Source: an uncultured delta proteobacterium
GTDB taxonomy: Bacteria; Myxococcota_A; Polyangia; Polyangiales; Polyangiaceae
Length of the DNA: 64,000 nt
Direction of reading: 5' to 3'
NCBI GenBank assembly: GCA_963841435.1
Contig: CAWJCS010000002.1
Span: 128,001 to 192,000, forward strand
How positions within the stretch are numbered: the first letter of the stretch is position 1; every line of letters begins with the position of its first letter. The position numbers were made by a program, and so were the translations under genes. This document shows, piece after piece, positions 31,752 through 43,500 of this stretch. The notes under the pieces are model-generated. The model made no database searches, was not told the origin of the DNA, and worked only from the letters and a program-made list of their open reading frames with translations.

Positions 31752-33236
31752 ATGCTGCTCACTGAGCTTGCCTTCCGAAATCTCGGTCGCAACCTGCGAC
31801 GCTCGCTCATCACGGGCTTCGGGCTCGCGCTGAGCACGGCGCTCTGCGTCGCCTACTACGCCGTCGCCGACGGCATGAACGCCGAGCTCGTGCATTCGCT
31901 CACGCGCTTCGACCTCGGTCACCTGCAGGTGCACGCTCGCGGATGGGGCAAGGGACAGCGGCTCGACGCGATGCTGCCCGAGCCCGAGCGCGAGCTCGCC
32001 TCGATCCGCGGGGTGCCCGGCGTGCTCTCGGCCGCGCCACGCCTTTACGCCTCGGCGCTCGTCGGGAGCCGCCGCCGCTCGACGGGCGCCGAGCTCGTCG
32101 GCATCGACCCCAAGGCGGAACGCCGCGTGACCGAGCTCGACCGGCAGCTCGTCAAGGGCCACTTCTTGCCGGACGGCCCCACGCCGTGGCCCGCTCCCCG
32201 CGAGCTCAGCGAGAGCGAGCGCGTCGAGGATCGGCGTCTCACCGACGCACAAACAGCGGAGGCCATGGACGAGATCGGCGCGCTCGCGCCGCTCGACGCC
32301 CCAGCGGGCGCGGCGTCCTCGGCGACCACCCAGGGGTCGAGCGACACGGGCGCTTCCGCGCCGTCCGACGAGGGTTCCAGCGAGCGGGCGACGGCGGACC
32401 GCCTCGCGAAGCTCCTCTCGCCGCGCCCCGAGCGGCCGCCGCCCGTCGTGCTCGGCACGTCGCTCGCGCGCGTGCTTTCCGTGGGCGTCGGCGACGAGCT
32501 CTACCTCTCGGCCCAGGCCGCCGAAGGCAGCGCCGAAGGGATCCGCGTTTCGGTCGCCGGCATCTACGAGACCGGCACGGCTGCGTACGATCGGGGCCGC
32601 ATCTACCTTCACATCGCCGACCTCGGCCGGCTCGTGCATCGGCCCGGGCAGGTCCATGAAATAGCGGCGCTTGCTGGTTCCGCAGCCGAGGCGCCGAGCG
32701 TCGCCGCCGCGGCCGAGCGGGCGCTCGGGGGCGCGCCGGTCTCCGTGCGCGCCTGGAGCCAGCTGCGCCCCGACCTGAAGCAGCTCTTGGATCTGAATCG
32801 CGCCAGCAGCGCCATGCTCGCGCTGATCGTCTTTTTCGTGGCGTCGCTCGGGGTCGTCAACACCATGCTCATGGCCGTCTCCGAACGGACCCGCGAGCTC
32901 GGCGTGCTCAAGGCGATCGGCATGTCGGGTGTCCGCGTCTTCGCCATGATCGTCGCGGAGAGCACGGCGCTCTCGCTCTCGGGAGCGGCGGCGGGGGCGT
33001 TGCTCGGGCTGGCCTTCGACCTCTACCTCGTGCGCTACGGCATCGACCTCAGCTCGATGACGCGAGGGATCTCCTTTAGCGGCATCGGCATGGCTCCGGT
33101 GGTGCACGGCGAGATCCGGCCCGACGGCGTCCTCGTGCCCGTCGCGCTGCTCGCGGCGATCTGCGTCGTTTCGGCCTTCTATCCGGCCTTTCGTGCGGCG
33201 CGTCTCGAGCCCGCCGTGGGCATGCGGGAGACCTAG
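31752..33236 (+). CDS. ABC permease, FtsX/MacB/LolE type
   Basis: LAFRNLGRNLRRS, NTMLMAVSERTRELGVLKAIG, PAFRAARLEP. Confidence 0.9.
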   Translation: MLLTELAFRNLGRNLRRSLITGFGLALSTALCVAYYAVADGMNAELVHSLTRFDLGHLQVHARGWGKGQRLDAMLPEPERELASIRGVPGVLSAAPRLYASALVGSRRRSTGAELVGIDPKAERRVTELDRQLVKGHFLPDGPTPWPAPRELSESERVEDRRLTDAQTAEAMDEIGALAPLDAPAGAASSATTQGSSDTGASAPSDEGSSERATADRLAKLLSPRPERPPPVVLGTSLARVLSVGVGDELYLSAQAAEGSAEGIRVSVAGIYETGTAAYDRGRIYLHIADLGRLVHRPGQVHEIAALAGSAAEAPSVAAAAERALGGAPVSVRAWSQLRPDLKQLLDLNRASSAMLALIVFFVASLGVVNTMLMAVSERTRELGVLKAIGMSGVRVFAMIVAESTALSLSGAAAGALLGLAFDLYLVRYGIDLSSMTRGISFSGIGMAPVVHGEIRPDGVLVPVALLAAICVVSAFYPAFRAARLEPAVGMRET

Positions 33237-33237
33237 C

Positions 33238-34498
33238 ATGTTGACGCTCAAGCTCGCCGTTCGTTCCTTTCTCCGTCACCGTCGGCGCTCCGCCATCACG
33301 GCCACGGCCGTGGCGCTCGGGCTCGCCATGATGCTGGTTTTCGTCGGCATCGCCGACGACGCTCACGCCAGGATGGCGGAGCTTGGCATCCGCATGGGCT
33401 CCGGCCACGTGATCGTCGAGGCCAAGGGCTACCGCGAGCGGCAAACGCTCGACGACGTCGTGCCCGACGCAGATCAGCTCGCGCGGCGGCTCGAGCGCCT
33501 GCCGGACGTGCGCGCCGTGGCCGTGCGCTTGCGCACCACGGGGCTCGTCGCCGCGGGGGAGCACAGCGCGCCCGTCATGGTGTCGGGGGTCGATCCCGAG
33601 CGCGAGCTCGCGGCATCCGACCTTCCCCGGCGCCGCTTGCGCGTCGCGGGCGAGTACCTACGCCCGAGCGCCGCGCGCACTTTCGCGGGCGTCCCCGCCG
33701 ACATCTACCTCGGCAAGACCCTCGCCGAGAAGCTCGACGTGACGCCCGGCGACCGCGTCGTGCTCACGCTATCGCCGCCCGGCGACCGGGCGCCCGCGTC
33801 GGGCGCGTTCATCGTGCGCGGCATCTTCCGCACCGGAGTCGACGATCTCGACGGCTCGTATGCACGAGATCCCCATCGAGGACGCGAGAAAGCTGGTAGA
33901 GCTACCCCGCGCCGCAACCGAGATCGCGCTGCTCTCGGACCTCGCGCACACGGCGCCCCTCACCGACGCCACGCGCGCCGCGCTCGCCTCCGAGCCGGGC
34001 CTCGTCGTCCTACCGTGGCAGCAGGCGCTGCGTGAGCTCTACGAAGCGCTCGTGGTCGACGACGCGGGTCTCTACCTCATGATGGCGATCGTCTTTCTGG
34101 TCGTCGCGATCGGCATCTTCAACACCGTGCTCATGAGCGTGACGGAGCGCACGCGCGAGTTCGGCGTCATGCTCTCGCTCGGTACCTCGTCGCGGCGACT
34201 CTTCGTGCAAATTCTCGGCGAGGCCGGCGTGCTCGCCGTGGCGTCCGCGGTCGTGGGGCTTGCTGTCGGGCTGTCGCTGCACCTCCTGATCGCGTCACAC
34301 GGCATCGACCTGACGGCGCTGGCGGGCGAGGTGCAAGTCGCCGGCATCGCCTGGTCCGGTCGCGTTTACTCCGCGCTCACGGTCGCCACCGTGGTGCGCT
34401 GGACCCTGGTGGTCATGTCGGTGGTGATTGTCTCGTCGCTGTATCCGGCGCTACGCGTCGTACGGCTCGAGCCCGTGGAGGCCATGCATCATGTCTGA
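33238..34498 (+). CDS. Second FtsX/LolC-type ABC permease; frameshift at ~33860
   Basis: LAVRSFLRHRRRS in ORF 33193; NTVLMSVTERTREFG in ORF 33860. Confidence 0.85.
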
Positions 34499-35195
34499 GC
34501 CGATTGTCGAGTTGACGGGTGTTACGAAGGTTTACCGGCAGGGGCACATCGACGTGCCAGCGCTTCGGGGCGTCGATCTCAGGGTCGATGCCGGGGAGTT
34601 CACGGTGCTTGCCGGACCCTCTGGGTCGGGCAAAACGACGCTGCTCAACGTGATCGGCGCGCTGCACCGCCCGACCGAGGGGCGCGTCCTCATCAGCGGC
34701 AGGGACCTCGCAAAGCTCGGCGACAGCGAGCTCGCGGAGCTGCGCCTGCGGCGGCTCGGCTTCGTCTTTCAGGCGTACAACCTGATTCCCGTGCTCACGG
34801 CGCGGGAGAACGCCGAGTACGTCATGTTGCTCCAGGGCGTCGAGGCCACCGAGCGGCGGCGGCGCGTCGAAGAGGTGCTGAAGGCCGTCGGGCTCGCCGG
34901 GCTCGAGAATCGCCGACCGTCGGAGCTGTCCGGTGGCCAGCAACAGCGTGTCGCCGTGGCGCGCGCCATCGCGTCAGCACCCGATCTCGTGCTCGCCGAC
35001 GAGCCCACGGCGAACCTCGATTCGCGCTCGGCGCTCGATCTCGTCGATCTCATGAAGGGCTTGAACAGCGAGCGCGGGGTCACGTTTCTCATCTCGTCGC
35101 ACGATGCGCGCGTCATCGACCGCGCCAAGCGTGTCGTCATGCTGGAGGACGGGCTCGTGAAGAGCGACGAGCGGCGAGATGCCGATGCTGCGTAG
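34491..35195 (+). CDS. ABC ATP-binding protein, LolD/MacB type
   Basis: GPSGSGKTT, GFVFQAYNL, LSGGQQQR, ADEPTANLD. Confidence 0.93.
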   Translation: MSEPIVELTGVTKVYRQGHIDVPALRGVDLRVDAGEFTVLAGPSGSGKTTLLNVIGALHRPTEGRVLISGRDLAKLGDSELAELRLRRLGFVFQAYNLIPVLTARENAEYVMLLQGVEATERRRRVEEVLKAVGLAGLENRRPSELSGGQQQRVAVARAIASAPDLVLADEPTANLDSRSALDLVDLMKGLNSERGVTFLISSHDARVIDRAKRVVMLEDGLVKSDERRDADAA

Positions 35196-36483
35196 CGGGT
35201 TTGCCCTAGCGGTGGGGCTCGGCGTGCTCGTCGGCGCGCTCGGCGCGAGCCGGACCGCGCGCGCGGTCGTCGTCAGCGAGGACGAGCTCGCGGACACGAG
35301 CACGGAAGTGGGGGTGATCACTCGAGAATTTTCCTTCGTTCTCGGTGGCGACACGCTCGAGCCGCCCTTCCTGCCCGAGGACGCGAACCCCGCGGCGCTC
35401 TCAATCCTCGACCTTCGTACCTACTTCTCCTACCGCTCGGAGACGCTTCGCCTCGTCTGGCACCAGGCGAACGACGCCGTCGTCGCGTCTCACGAGAACC
35501 TCGGCGTGCTTCGCATCGGTCGCGGAGGCTTGCCGCCGAGGCTCTTCCCGTTGCGCGCGACGCCCGTCGACGAGCCGACGCTGCGTCTCGCCACGGAGAC
35601 GGATTGGCTGTACGCCGCGTGGGCGCCGGGTCGCGTCACGGTCACCGTTGGACGACAACCGATCACGCTCGGGCGCGGCCAGCTCTTCCACCCGCTCGAT
35701 CTGGTCGCGAGCTTCTCGCTCACCGAAGCCGACACCGAATACAAGCCCGGCGCCGACGCCGTGCGCGTCGACGCGAGCCTCGGCTCGACCACCACGCTCA
35801 CGGCCGTCGCCTCCGGGGGCCAGCTCGGCATCGACCCGCGGGTCAAGCTCGAGGATCGCGGGTCAACGGCGCTCGGCGTGCTCAAGCAGGGCTTCGGACA
35901 CGGCGAATTTTCGCTGCTCTCCGGCTTCGTCCGCGGCGACATCGTCGCGGGCTGGGGCGCGCTGTGGGACCTCGGCGCTCTCGACCTCTACGGCGAGGTG
36001 AGCGCCACCTGGGTGCGCGACCCGTCGCTTTCGTCGCCCGCCGTTGCGGGGCGCAAGGCGGCCGTGCCGCGAGCGCTCGCCGGGGCCGACCTCAAGCCAA
36101 TACCCGAGCTCACCATCGCCCCGGAGCTCTACTACGAAGGCTTCGGCGCGCGGGAGCCGCGCGACTACGCGCTCGTGGCGGTGAGCGAGCGAGTCGTCTA
36201 CGGCGAGCAGGTCGCCCTCGGTCGCCTCTACGCGGGTGCGCTCGTCGACTGGCAGCCGCACCCGCTTTTCCACCTCGTTGCCGTGGCGCTTTCGAACACG
36301 CTCGACCCGAGCGCGCTCGCGTCGCTCGTCGCGACCTTCGATGCGTCGCCGAACACACGGCTCTCGCTCGGAGGCTACCTGCCGCTCGGCGCCGCGCCCC
36401 GCGCCACGCCTTTCCCCGAGCCGCGGAGCGAGTACGGCCTCTACCCGAGCTTCGGCTTCGCCGAGCTCCGCATCGTGCTCTGA
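35179..36483 (+). CDS. Putative outer-membrane beta-barrel of the ABC operon
   Basis: Signal peptide, DWLY, TVGRQPITLG, PGADAVR, terminal beta-strand FAELRIVL. Confidence 0.75.
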   Translation: MPMLRSGFALAVGLGVLVGALGASRTARAVVVSEDELADTSTEVGVITREFSFVLGGDTLEPPFLPEDANPAALSILDLRTYFSYRSETLRLVWHQANDAVVASHENLGVLRIGRGGLPPRLFPLRATPVDEPTLRLATETDWLYAAWAPGRVTVTVGRQPITLGRGQLFHPLDLVASFSLTEADTEYKPGADAVRVDASLGSTTTLTAVASGGQLGIDPRVKLEDRGSTALGVLKQGFGHGEFSLLSGFVRGDIVAGWGALWDLGALDLYGEVSATWVRDPSLSSPAVAGRKAAVPRALAGADLKPIPELTIAPELYYEGFGAREPRDYALVAVSERVVYGEQVALGRLYAGALVDWQPHPLFHLVAVALSNTLDPSALASLVATFDASPNTRLSLGGYLPLGAAPRATPFPEPRSEYGLYPSFGFAELRIVL

Positions 36484-36511
36484 CGCGAAGCCGCGCTCGC
36501 GCCCAGGGTGC

Positions 36512-37201
36512 TCAATTGCACGGCATGACGCGCGCGCTTTTCACCGACTGACTGTTCGACCCCTGAGCGGGATAGGCGACGCTGCCGTCGGGAAACGCCT
36601 TGAAATCCTGATAGCGGTGGTCCGTCACGGCAATCGTGAAGGCCGAACCGATGGCGCTGCCGTCCGTGTCGCTGCGTACTTGCGCCGTGATCGACGAGCC
36701 CGACTCGTACGCGACGAGCATGCGCCCGGGCCCGTACGAGACGAGGTGGGAAAACCCCGAGCTTCCTGCCGCAACGTCGCGATCGGGCGTCGCGCTCGCT
36801 GCCGTGAAATGCAAAAGGTGCACGCCGCCCTGATCGCTCACGGACACCCAGTAGCCGCCTCCGCTCGCGAGCACGACGTTGCCGAGGCTCAGGCTGCCGA
36901 GATCCTGTGCGGTCCAGATGGTCTGGTAGGTCGGCGAGCGCACGACTCGGCCCTGGTTGTCCGTCGCGCACACGGTGACGAAGTGCGAGCTTGCCGGATC
37001 CCAAACCATGCGCGTGTTCCAGCTGTGGCTGCAGCCCCAGTCGAAGCTGTCGTGCCCGGTCAACACCGAGCCGGTCGGCCCCACCACCTGCATGCGATCG
37101 CCCTCGTGGATGTTGATGCAGCCGCTCTGCGACACGCTGAGGGCCGCGCAGAGCTTCGGGCGAACGAAGTGGGCCGCATGCAAACGGAGGTGCCGCCGCA
37201 C
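36512..37201 (-). CDS. Hypothetical protein, probably an N-terminally truncated secreted beta-rich protein
   Basis: HEGD...WGCSHS..., ends VMPCN. No signal peptide; the first ~20 aa look non-homologous. Confidence 0.55.
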   Translation of the reverse strand: MRRHLRLHAAHFVRPKLCAALSVSQSGCINIHEGDRMQVVGPTGSVLTGHDSFDWGCSHSWNTRMVWDPASSHFVTVCATDNQGRVVRSPTYQTIWTAQDLGSLSLGNVVLASGGGYWVSVSDQGGVHLLHFTAASATPDRDVAAGSSGFSHLVSYGPGRMLVAYESGSSITAQVRSDTDGSAIGSAFTIAVTDHRYQDFKAFPDGSVAYPAQGSNSQSVKSARVMPCN

Positions 37202-37304
37202 GAGCGCGGGACGTCAGGAAAGGAGAGGATCGGGGTGAACCGTGGGGTGAGACGGGGCCCGGGGGCGCGGCGCCTCGGGCTTTGCTAGCTTGAGAAGCTC
37301 GCCG

Positions 37305-38144
37305 ATGCAGCCGCCGCCCACCGACGGACCGCTTGCCCTGCCTGGCTCCACCGGGGCGCCGCAGGGACCCACGGGTGTCGCACCCGACGGCGGCCGTCCG
37401 AAGCGCGGTGCGCTCGGGGGCCTCTCCATGTTGCTCCTCGGGCTGCTCGCGAAGGGCAAGGTCTTGCTCGGTCTCGTCAAGGTGCTTCCCGTAGGCAAAT
37501 TCTTGCTCACGGGCTTTTCCATGCTCGCCATGGTGTGGTTCGAGGCGCAGCGTACGGGCATCTGGTTCGGCGTCGGGTTCGTGCTTCTCATCCTGGTTCA
37601 CGAGCTCGGCCACGGATACGCCATGCGGCGCGCGGGCGTGGCCGCGGGGTGGCCCATCTTCATTCCCTTCTTCGGTGCGATGATCGCCATGAAGGGCACG
37701 CCGAACGATCGCCACGTCGAGGCCGACATCGCGTACGGCGGGCCCCTCGCGGGGACGGTTGCGAGCCTCGCCGTCGCGATGATCGGCCTCGCCACGGGTG
37801 AGCGGCTGTTTCTCGCACTCGCCTACACCGGCTTCTTCCTCAATCTGTTCAACCTGACGCCCATCTCGCCGCTCGACGGCGGTCGCGTGGCGCAGGCCTT
37901 CTCGCGTCGCGCGTGGATTTTCGGGGCGGGCGTTCTTGCGCTGATGTTCCTCGCGACGCGCGCGCCGCAGCTACTCTTGATCCTTCTGCTCGCGCTGCCT
38001 CGCTTCTTGAGCAAGGGAGCAGTGGACGTGCGCGAGCTGCTCGACCCTGCGCGTCAGCGCCTGTGGGCGCTGCGCTACTTCGGCCTCGCGGCCTTCCTGG
38101 GCGCCGCCATCTACTTTAGTGGCGCCATGCTCCACCCGGCGTGA
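37305..38144 (+). CDS. Site-2 protease (peptidase M50)
   Basis: HELGH, AYGGP, NLFNLTPISPLDGGR; multiple TM. Confidence 0.92.
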   Translation: MQPPPTDGPLALPGSTGAPQGPTGVAPDGGRPKRGALGGLSMLLLGLLAKGKVLLGLVKVLPVGKFLLTGFSMLAMVWFEAQRTGIWFGVGFVLLILVHELGHGYAMRRAGVAAGWPIFIPFFGAMIAMKGTPNDRHVEADIAYGGPLAGTVASLAVAMIGLATGERLFLALAYTGFFLNLFNLTPISPLDGGRVAQAFSRRAWIFGAGVLALMFLATRAPQLLLILLLALPRFLSKGAVDVRELLDPARQRLWALRYFGLAAFLGAAIYFSGAMLHPA

Positions 38145-38373
38145 TCGCGGACGGCGCACCACGACTCGGCTCGCGGCCGCGTGCCTCAACACCACGAGCC
38201 AGGGCGGCGCGTCCTCGACGGACGTGATGGGGCCGAGTCTCGCAACCTCTCGGTGCAACCTCCCGAAACCCTCCGATCCGTCCAGAAGAGCACGGCGCCA
38301 AGGGGGGTGAAAGGATGGTCGGTAGGCGCTCGGGCGGCCTGCTCGGGCCCGTCCATGCTAACGGACACAGGCG

Positions 38374-40559
38374 ATGGCCTCGGGCCACGCCGCCCCTCGG
38401 TCGTCCGTCGCGCTGACGATGGGTTTGTGCCTGCTCGCCGCCGTGCTCTCGGCGGCGTGTCGGGCCCAACCCGCTCGCCCCGTGGTGTCCGCGATCGACA
38501 TCAGCGGTCTCGAGGAACGTCGACGAAGACGCGCTCGAGGAGGGGCTCTCCACGACGGAAACCTCCAAGCTCCTCGGGCTCATCCCGAGGGTGCTCGTCT
38601 ACCAGACGCTCGACACGGCGATCCTCGCGCGCGACCTCGAGCGCATCGAACGCTGGCTGCGCGCGCGGGGCTACTACGAGGCGAAAGTGAGGGCGGCGCG
38701 CGCGGTGCATCTCGACGCCCACACCGTCCGGGTGGAGATCGAGGTCGTGCAGGGCGCGCCCGTGCTCGTGCGGCGCGTCGAGCTCCGTGGCCTTGCGGAG
38801 CTACCGCTGGACGTGACGGGCCCCGCACTCTCGGCGATCGAGATTCGGGAGGGAGACCACTTCGAGGAGGAGCGCTTCGACGCCGACAAGCGCGGGCTCG
38901 TGCGCGCGCTCACGAACCACGGCTTTGCGTTCGCCGAAGTGGAGGCCAAAGCTCACGTCAACATCGCCGCGCACGCCGCGGACGTGACGTACCAGGTGAC
39001 GCCGGGCCCGCGCGCGCGTTTCGGGCCGATCAAGATCGTGGGTCTGCGCGAAATTCCCCCGGGTCCCGCGCTCGACACGTTCGGTGTGCACGAGCACGAT
39101 CCGTATTCGAGCGACGAGATCGAGGACGGACAGAAGGCGCTCGCCGGTCTCGGCGTATTCGGGCGCATCGAGATCAAGCAAGATCGGAGCCATCCCGAGC
39201 TCGGCATCGTGCCCGTCACCATCGAGGTCAAGGAGGCCAAGCTCCGGACGTTGCGCCTCGGTGTGGGTGGGCGCTTCGACGTGCTCAGGCTCTCGGGGCA
39301 CGTGCGCGGCGGGTGGGAGGACCGCAATTTCCTGGGCGGCATGCGGCGACTCGCGATCGAACGTCGGGCCGAGCGTCACCTTCTTTCCGACGCGCATTCC
39401 CACGGGCGGCGCCAAGTTCCTCGGGCCCACGCGCCTCTTGCCGGGCGGCGACCTCCACACCGTGCTTCGCCAGCCGTCGCTGATTGAAGCGCGCACGGCG
39501 GGGATCCTCAGCGCGGAGTACAGCCTCTACCCGGTGCTCTACCCGCTCGAGCCGGACACGGACCCGAAGCTCGAGCCCATCCTCGGCTATCACGAGGTGA
39601 ACACCAGCGTGGGCGTCGAGCGGTCGTTGCTCGGTCAGCACCTGACCCTCGGGTCTTCGTACAACGCGGAGATCTACTATCCGTTTTCCTACCAGGGCGA
39701 CGCCGCCAAGTCCCTCGAACCGGTGTACGTCTGGTTCCCCAAGATCGATCTCACGCTCGACTATCGCGATGACCCCGTGGTGACGACGCGCGGCGTCTAC
39801 GCGTCAACCGTGCTCGAAACGGCCGGGTACGTCTTTCGCGGGTCCGTGAGCAACGTCCGCGTGCGACCCGAGATTCGCGCCTACACGCAGGGCGCGGCGG
39901 GCAAGCGCTCCGTCTTCGCCGCGCGCCTCGCGTTCGGTTTCCTGTTCCCGCGCCAGGCTCCCGGGCGCGGTCACTACGGCGAGACCCTGCTTCCAGGGAC
40001 CCCCGAGTACGAGCTCGCTGCGACCAATCCTGGCGACCCCGCGGTGATTCGCGACCAGCAAAAGCTCTTGCTGCGAGCGTTCTATTCGGGTGGACCGAGC
40101 TCCAACCGCGGGTACCCGCTCAGGGGCGTGGGTCCGCAGGGTCCGATCGGCTTCCTCGTGCCCTCGAACCTGAGCAGCGTGAATTGCTCGCTCGACGGGC
40201 GCACCGTGGCGGATCTGCCGCCCGGCTGCCGGCGGCCGCTCGGAGGCCTGACGCTCTGGGAGCTCTCGCTCGAGCTGCGCTTTCCCATCGGTGGCTCGCT
40301 CTTCGGCGCGCTGTTCGTCAACGCGAGCAACGTCACGAGGGAGACGGCCCACATCCGCTTCAACGTCCCTCACATGTCGCCGGGGGTCGGGTTGCGTTAC
40401 ATGACCCCGGTGGGACCCTTCCGCCTGGACTTTGGATTTCGTCCGCCCTACCTGCAGGCGATTGGCAAGCGCGATCTCCCACCGGAGGAGGGCGCGACTT
40501 CGGGCACCATCTTGGGCGCTCCGCTCGCGCTGGACATCGCCATCGGGGAGGCCTTCTAG
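38374..40559 (+). CDS. BamA/TamA-family Omp85 protein; frameshifts at ~38517 and ~39360
   Basis: Lipobox SAAC, POTRA-like (RARGYYEA), EDRNFLGG, FYSGGPSSNRGY, GVGLRYMTPVGPFRLD, terminal IGEAF. Confidence 0.88.
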
Positions 40560-40577
40560 GATGCTCGCGGGCGGCGC

Positions 40578-43500
40578 ATGAACGGGCGCGTGCGACGGAC
40601 GATCGTACGGGGCCTCGTCGGCCTCTCGGCGCTCGTGTTGTTCGTGGTCGCCTCGGTCGGCGGGTTACTCCTGCACCTCGATCTTCCTCCGTCTCGCCGG
40701 CTGGCCGCAACCATCACGGCCCGGGTGCTCGGCAGCGAACTTCGGGGAAGCTTCGAGGTGGCGGGGATCGAGGAGCTCTCACCGTACGGCCTGCGCGTGG
40801 AGCGCTTCGACGTGCGCGATCCCGACGGGGAGCTCGTGCTGCGCGTCCAGGGTCTGCGCGCGCGCGCCGATCTGCTCGGCATCTTGCGCGACGCGCTGTT
40901 CGACAGCGGCAAGCTCACCATCGTCATCGAGCACGCCCGCGTCGAGCGCGCCCGCGTCCTTCTGCTGCCCGTGCCCGGCGCGAGCGAACCGACGCTCGCG
41001 GTGGCGTTCACACCACGCGGGCCCTCCACGCCTGGCGGCCGACCCGTGCGCGTGTGGTTGCCCGCCATCGAGCTCGGTCGCGGGCACGTGAGCGGCCGGC
41101 TCGCCTTCGCACCTTCGCTCGAGGGTCGTGTGAGCGGCGTGCGCGGCTCGGTGCTCGTGGCTCCCGATGGCGTGGCAGTGGACGCGCCCCAGTTTGCGGC
41201 TTCCGTGCGCGGGCTGCTCGCCGAAGAGCTCCGTGCCGTCGGCAGCTTTCATCAGCGGGGCACGACGCACTTCTGGAGCACGCTCGACGGCTACGTTGGC
41301 GAGGTGCAGTACAATCTTTCGGCGCGGCTCGACGGCGACCACCTCTCGGCGAAGATGTCCGTCCCTCACGCCGAGCCCGAGGCCGTGCGCCGGCTGCTGC
41401 CCGACTGGCCACTCCTCGAAACCGCTGCCGCCGAAGTCGAGGTGGTCGGCGACCTGCCGAAGCTACGCGTTCAGGGTACGGCCGGCGTCAGCGGGTCGCG
41501 CCTTCGCGTCCAAGGTGACCTCGACCTCGCGGCCGGCCCCCGCGCGGTGCTCGCAGTCGAAGGTGAGCGACTCGATCTGCGCGCCGTGGTCGCCGACGCG
41601 CCGGCGACACGCTTCGACGCGCGCTCCACGCTCGATCTTCGCAACACCGACGCCGGCGTGGTTCTCGAAGGGGAGGGAACGAGCGAGCCCACCGAGATCG
41701 AAGGGGTGCCCGTGCCCGGCACCCATTTCCGGGCGCACTACGACAAACTGGGCCTGTCCGGCGTTGCGACGCTGTTCGAGCCCGGCATGCCGCTCGAGGG
41801 GACCTTCCGGGTCGAGCCGAGTGGCACCGCCGACTTCGAAGCCCACGCCGCACGCTTTCGCGTCAACCGCGTGCCGCGCGTCGCGGCAATCGTGTCGGCG
41901 CGCGGGGCGCTCGAGCTGCGCGCCAAAGCCCATCTCGAGAAGGGCAACCTCGCAGCGTCGTTCTCCGCCGACGTGCGCGATCTCGTCGTCGGGCCGCTCA
42001 GCGGAGGGAGCGCGCGAGCGTCGGGCACCCTCGAGGGACCGTTGAAGAGCCCCAGGCGAATGCACCTCGACGTGAAGGCGAGCGGTAGCGAGCTCAGGCT
42101 GGGCGCGCTCGAGCTCGGCACGTCGGAAGCACGCGCGTCGGGTCCTCTCGACCGCCTCGTCGTCTCGGCGGACTTTCACGCGGGGAGCGGTGCTGAGCTC
42201 ACGGCTCGAACGGAGCTTTCCGCCTGGCGCGGCACCCACTTCACCGGCGTGGAGCTCACGGCCTCTCGCGATCAGCACCGACTGCGCGCGATCGCCGCGG
42301 AGGTCACCGTCAACGGCGGCGCAATCGACGTGCGGGACGCAAGGCTCGAAGGTGCCGGAGGCACGCTCGTGGCGTCCGCCAAGCTGCGCCCCGGCGTGCT
42401 CAGGCTGAGCCTTTCGGGCGGTGGTCTCGATCTCGACGCGCTCGCGGGGGTGCTCGGCCTCACGGGGGAAAGCCTCGGTGGCAAGCTCAACGTCGCCGCC
42501 GAAGTCGAGATCGAGGGCCAAAAGCGCCACGGCACCCTGGAGGTCGCCGTGAAGGACGGGCGCGGCGGGCCGCTCGAGGGTCTCAACCTCGACGCGAAGG
42601 CGACGCTCGACAATCGTTCGCTCTCGGGTGAGGTGAGCGCCGCTGTCGCGGACCTCGGCACCGGCCGGGCGTCGTTCGAGCTCTGGTTGGACGGTTCGCC
42701 TCTCGAGGCGCGCTCGTTTTCGCGCGCCACGGGACGGCTCGACGTGGGCGTCGAGCGGCTCGAGCTGGCGGCGCTCGCGCGCCTTTTGCCTCTGACCCTG
42801 CCCGTGCGAAAGCTCACGGGCAGCGTGACCGCGCAGCTTAGTCTCGTGCGAGCCGACCCTGAAGCGCGCCCCGAGCTCAGCCTGCTCGCCGCGACGAGCG
42901 GTCTCGCGCTCGAGGTGCCGCGCGGCGACCGCGAGGCGCCAATCGCAGTCCACGGTATCGAGGCGCAGCTCAACGGCCGTGTGAGCGGGGCCACGGGCGT
43001 CGCCGAAGGCACGCTCGCGCTCGTCGACCAGAACGGGGTCTTGCTCGTCACGCACGTGAGGGAGAGCGGCGATCCGGACCACCTGCCTTCGACGCCCGCG
43101 GAGCTCGTGGCCGAGCTCGCCACGCGGCCGGTTGACATCTCGTTTCGTACGGATGGCAGGCGGCTCGACGAGCTTCCCGATTTCATCCGACCGGCGAAGC
43201 TGTCCGGCGTGCTCTCCGCCGAGCTGAACGTCCGCGGCACGCTGAAGGCCCCCGTGCTCTTCGCCAAGGCCTCGCTGCGCGGTTTCACGTTCGGCGACGG
43301 CGAGAAGCCCTTCGACGCGTGCGCGCGTGCCCAGTACGACCCGGCCGAGCGGCGCATCGGTGTCGGTGGGGAGGCGCATTTGCCGTCGCCTTCGTTCACG
43401 CCTTGCGCAGGGCGCGCCGTTGCGCTCGCCGAAGCCACGGGGACCGCCAATCTTCCCGCGCTCGCGCGAGGCGAGCGCGGCTTTCGCGGCAACGCCGACC

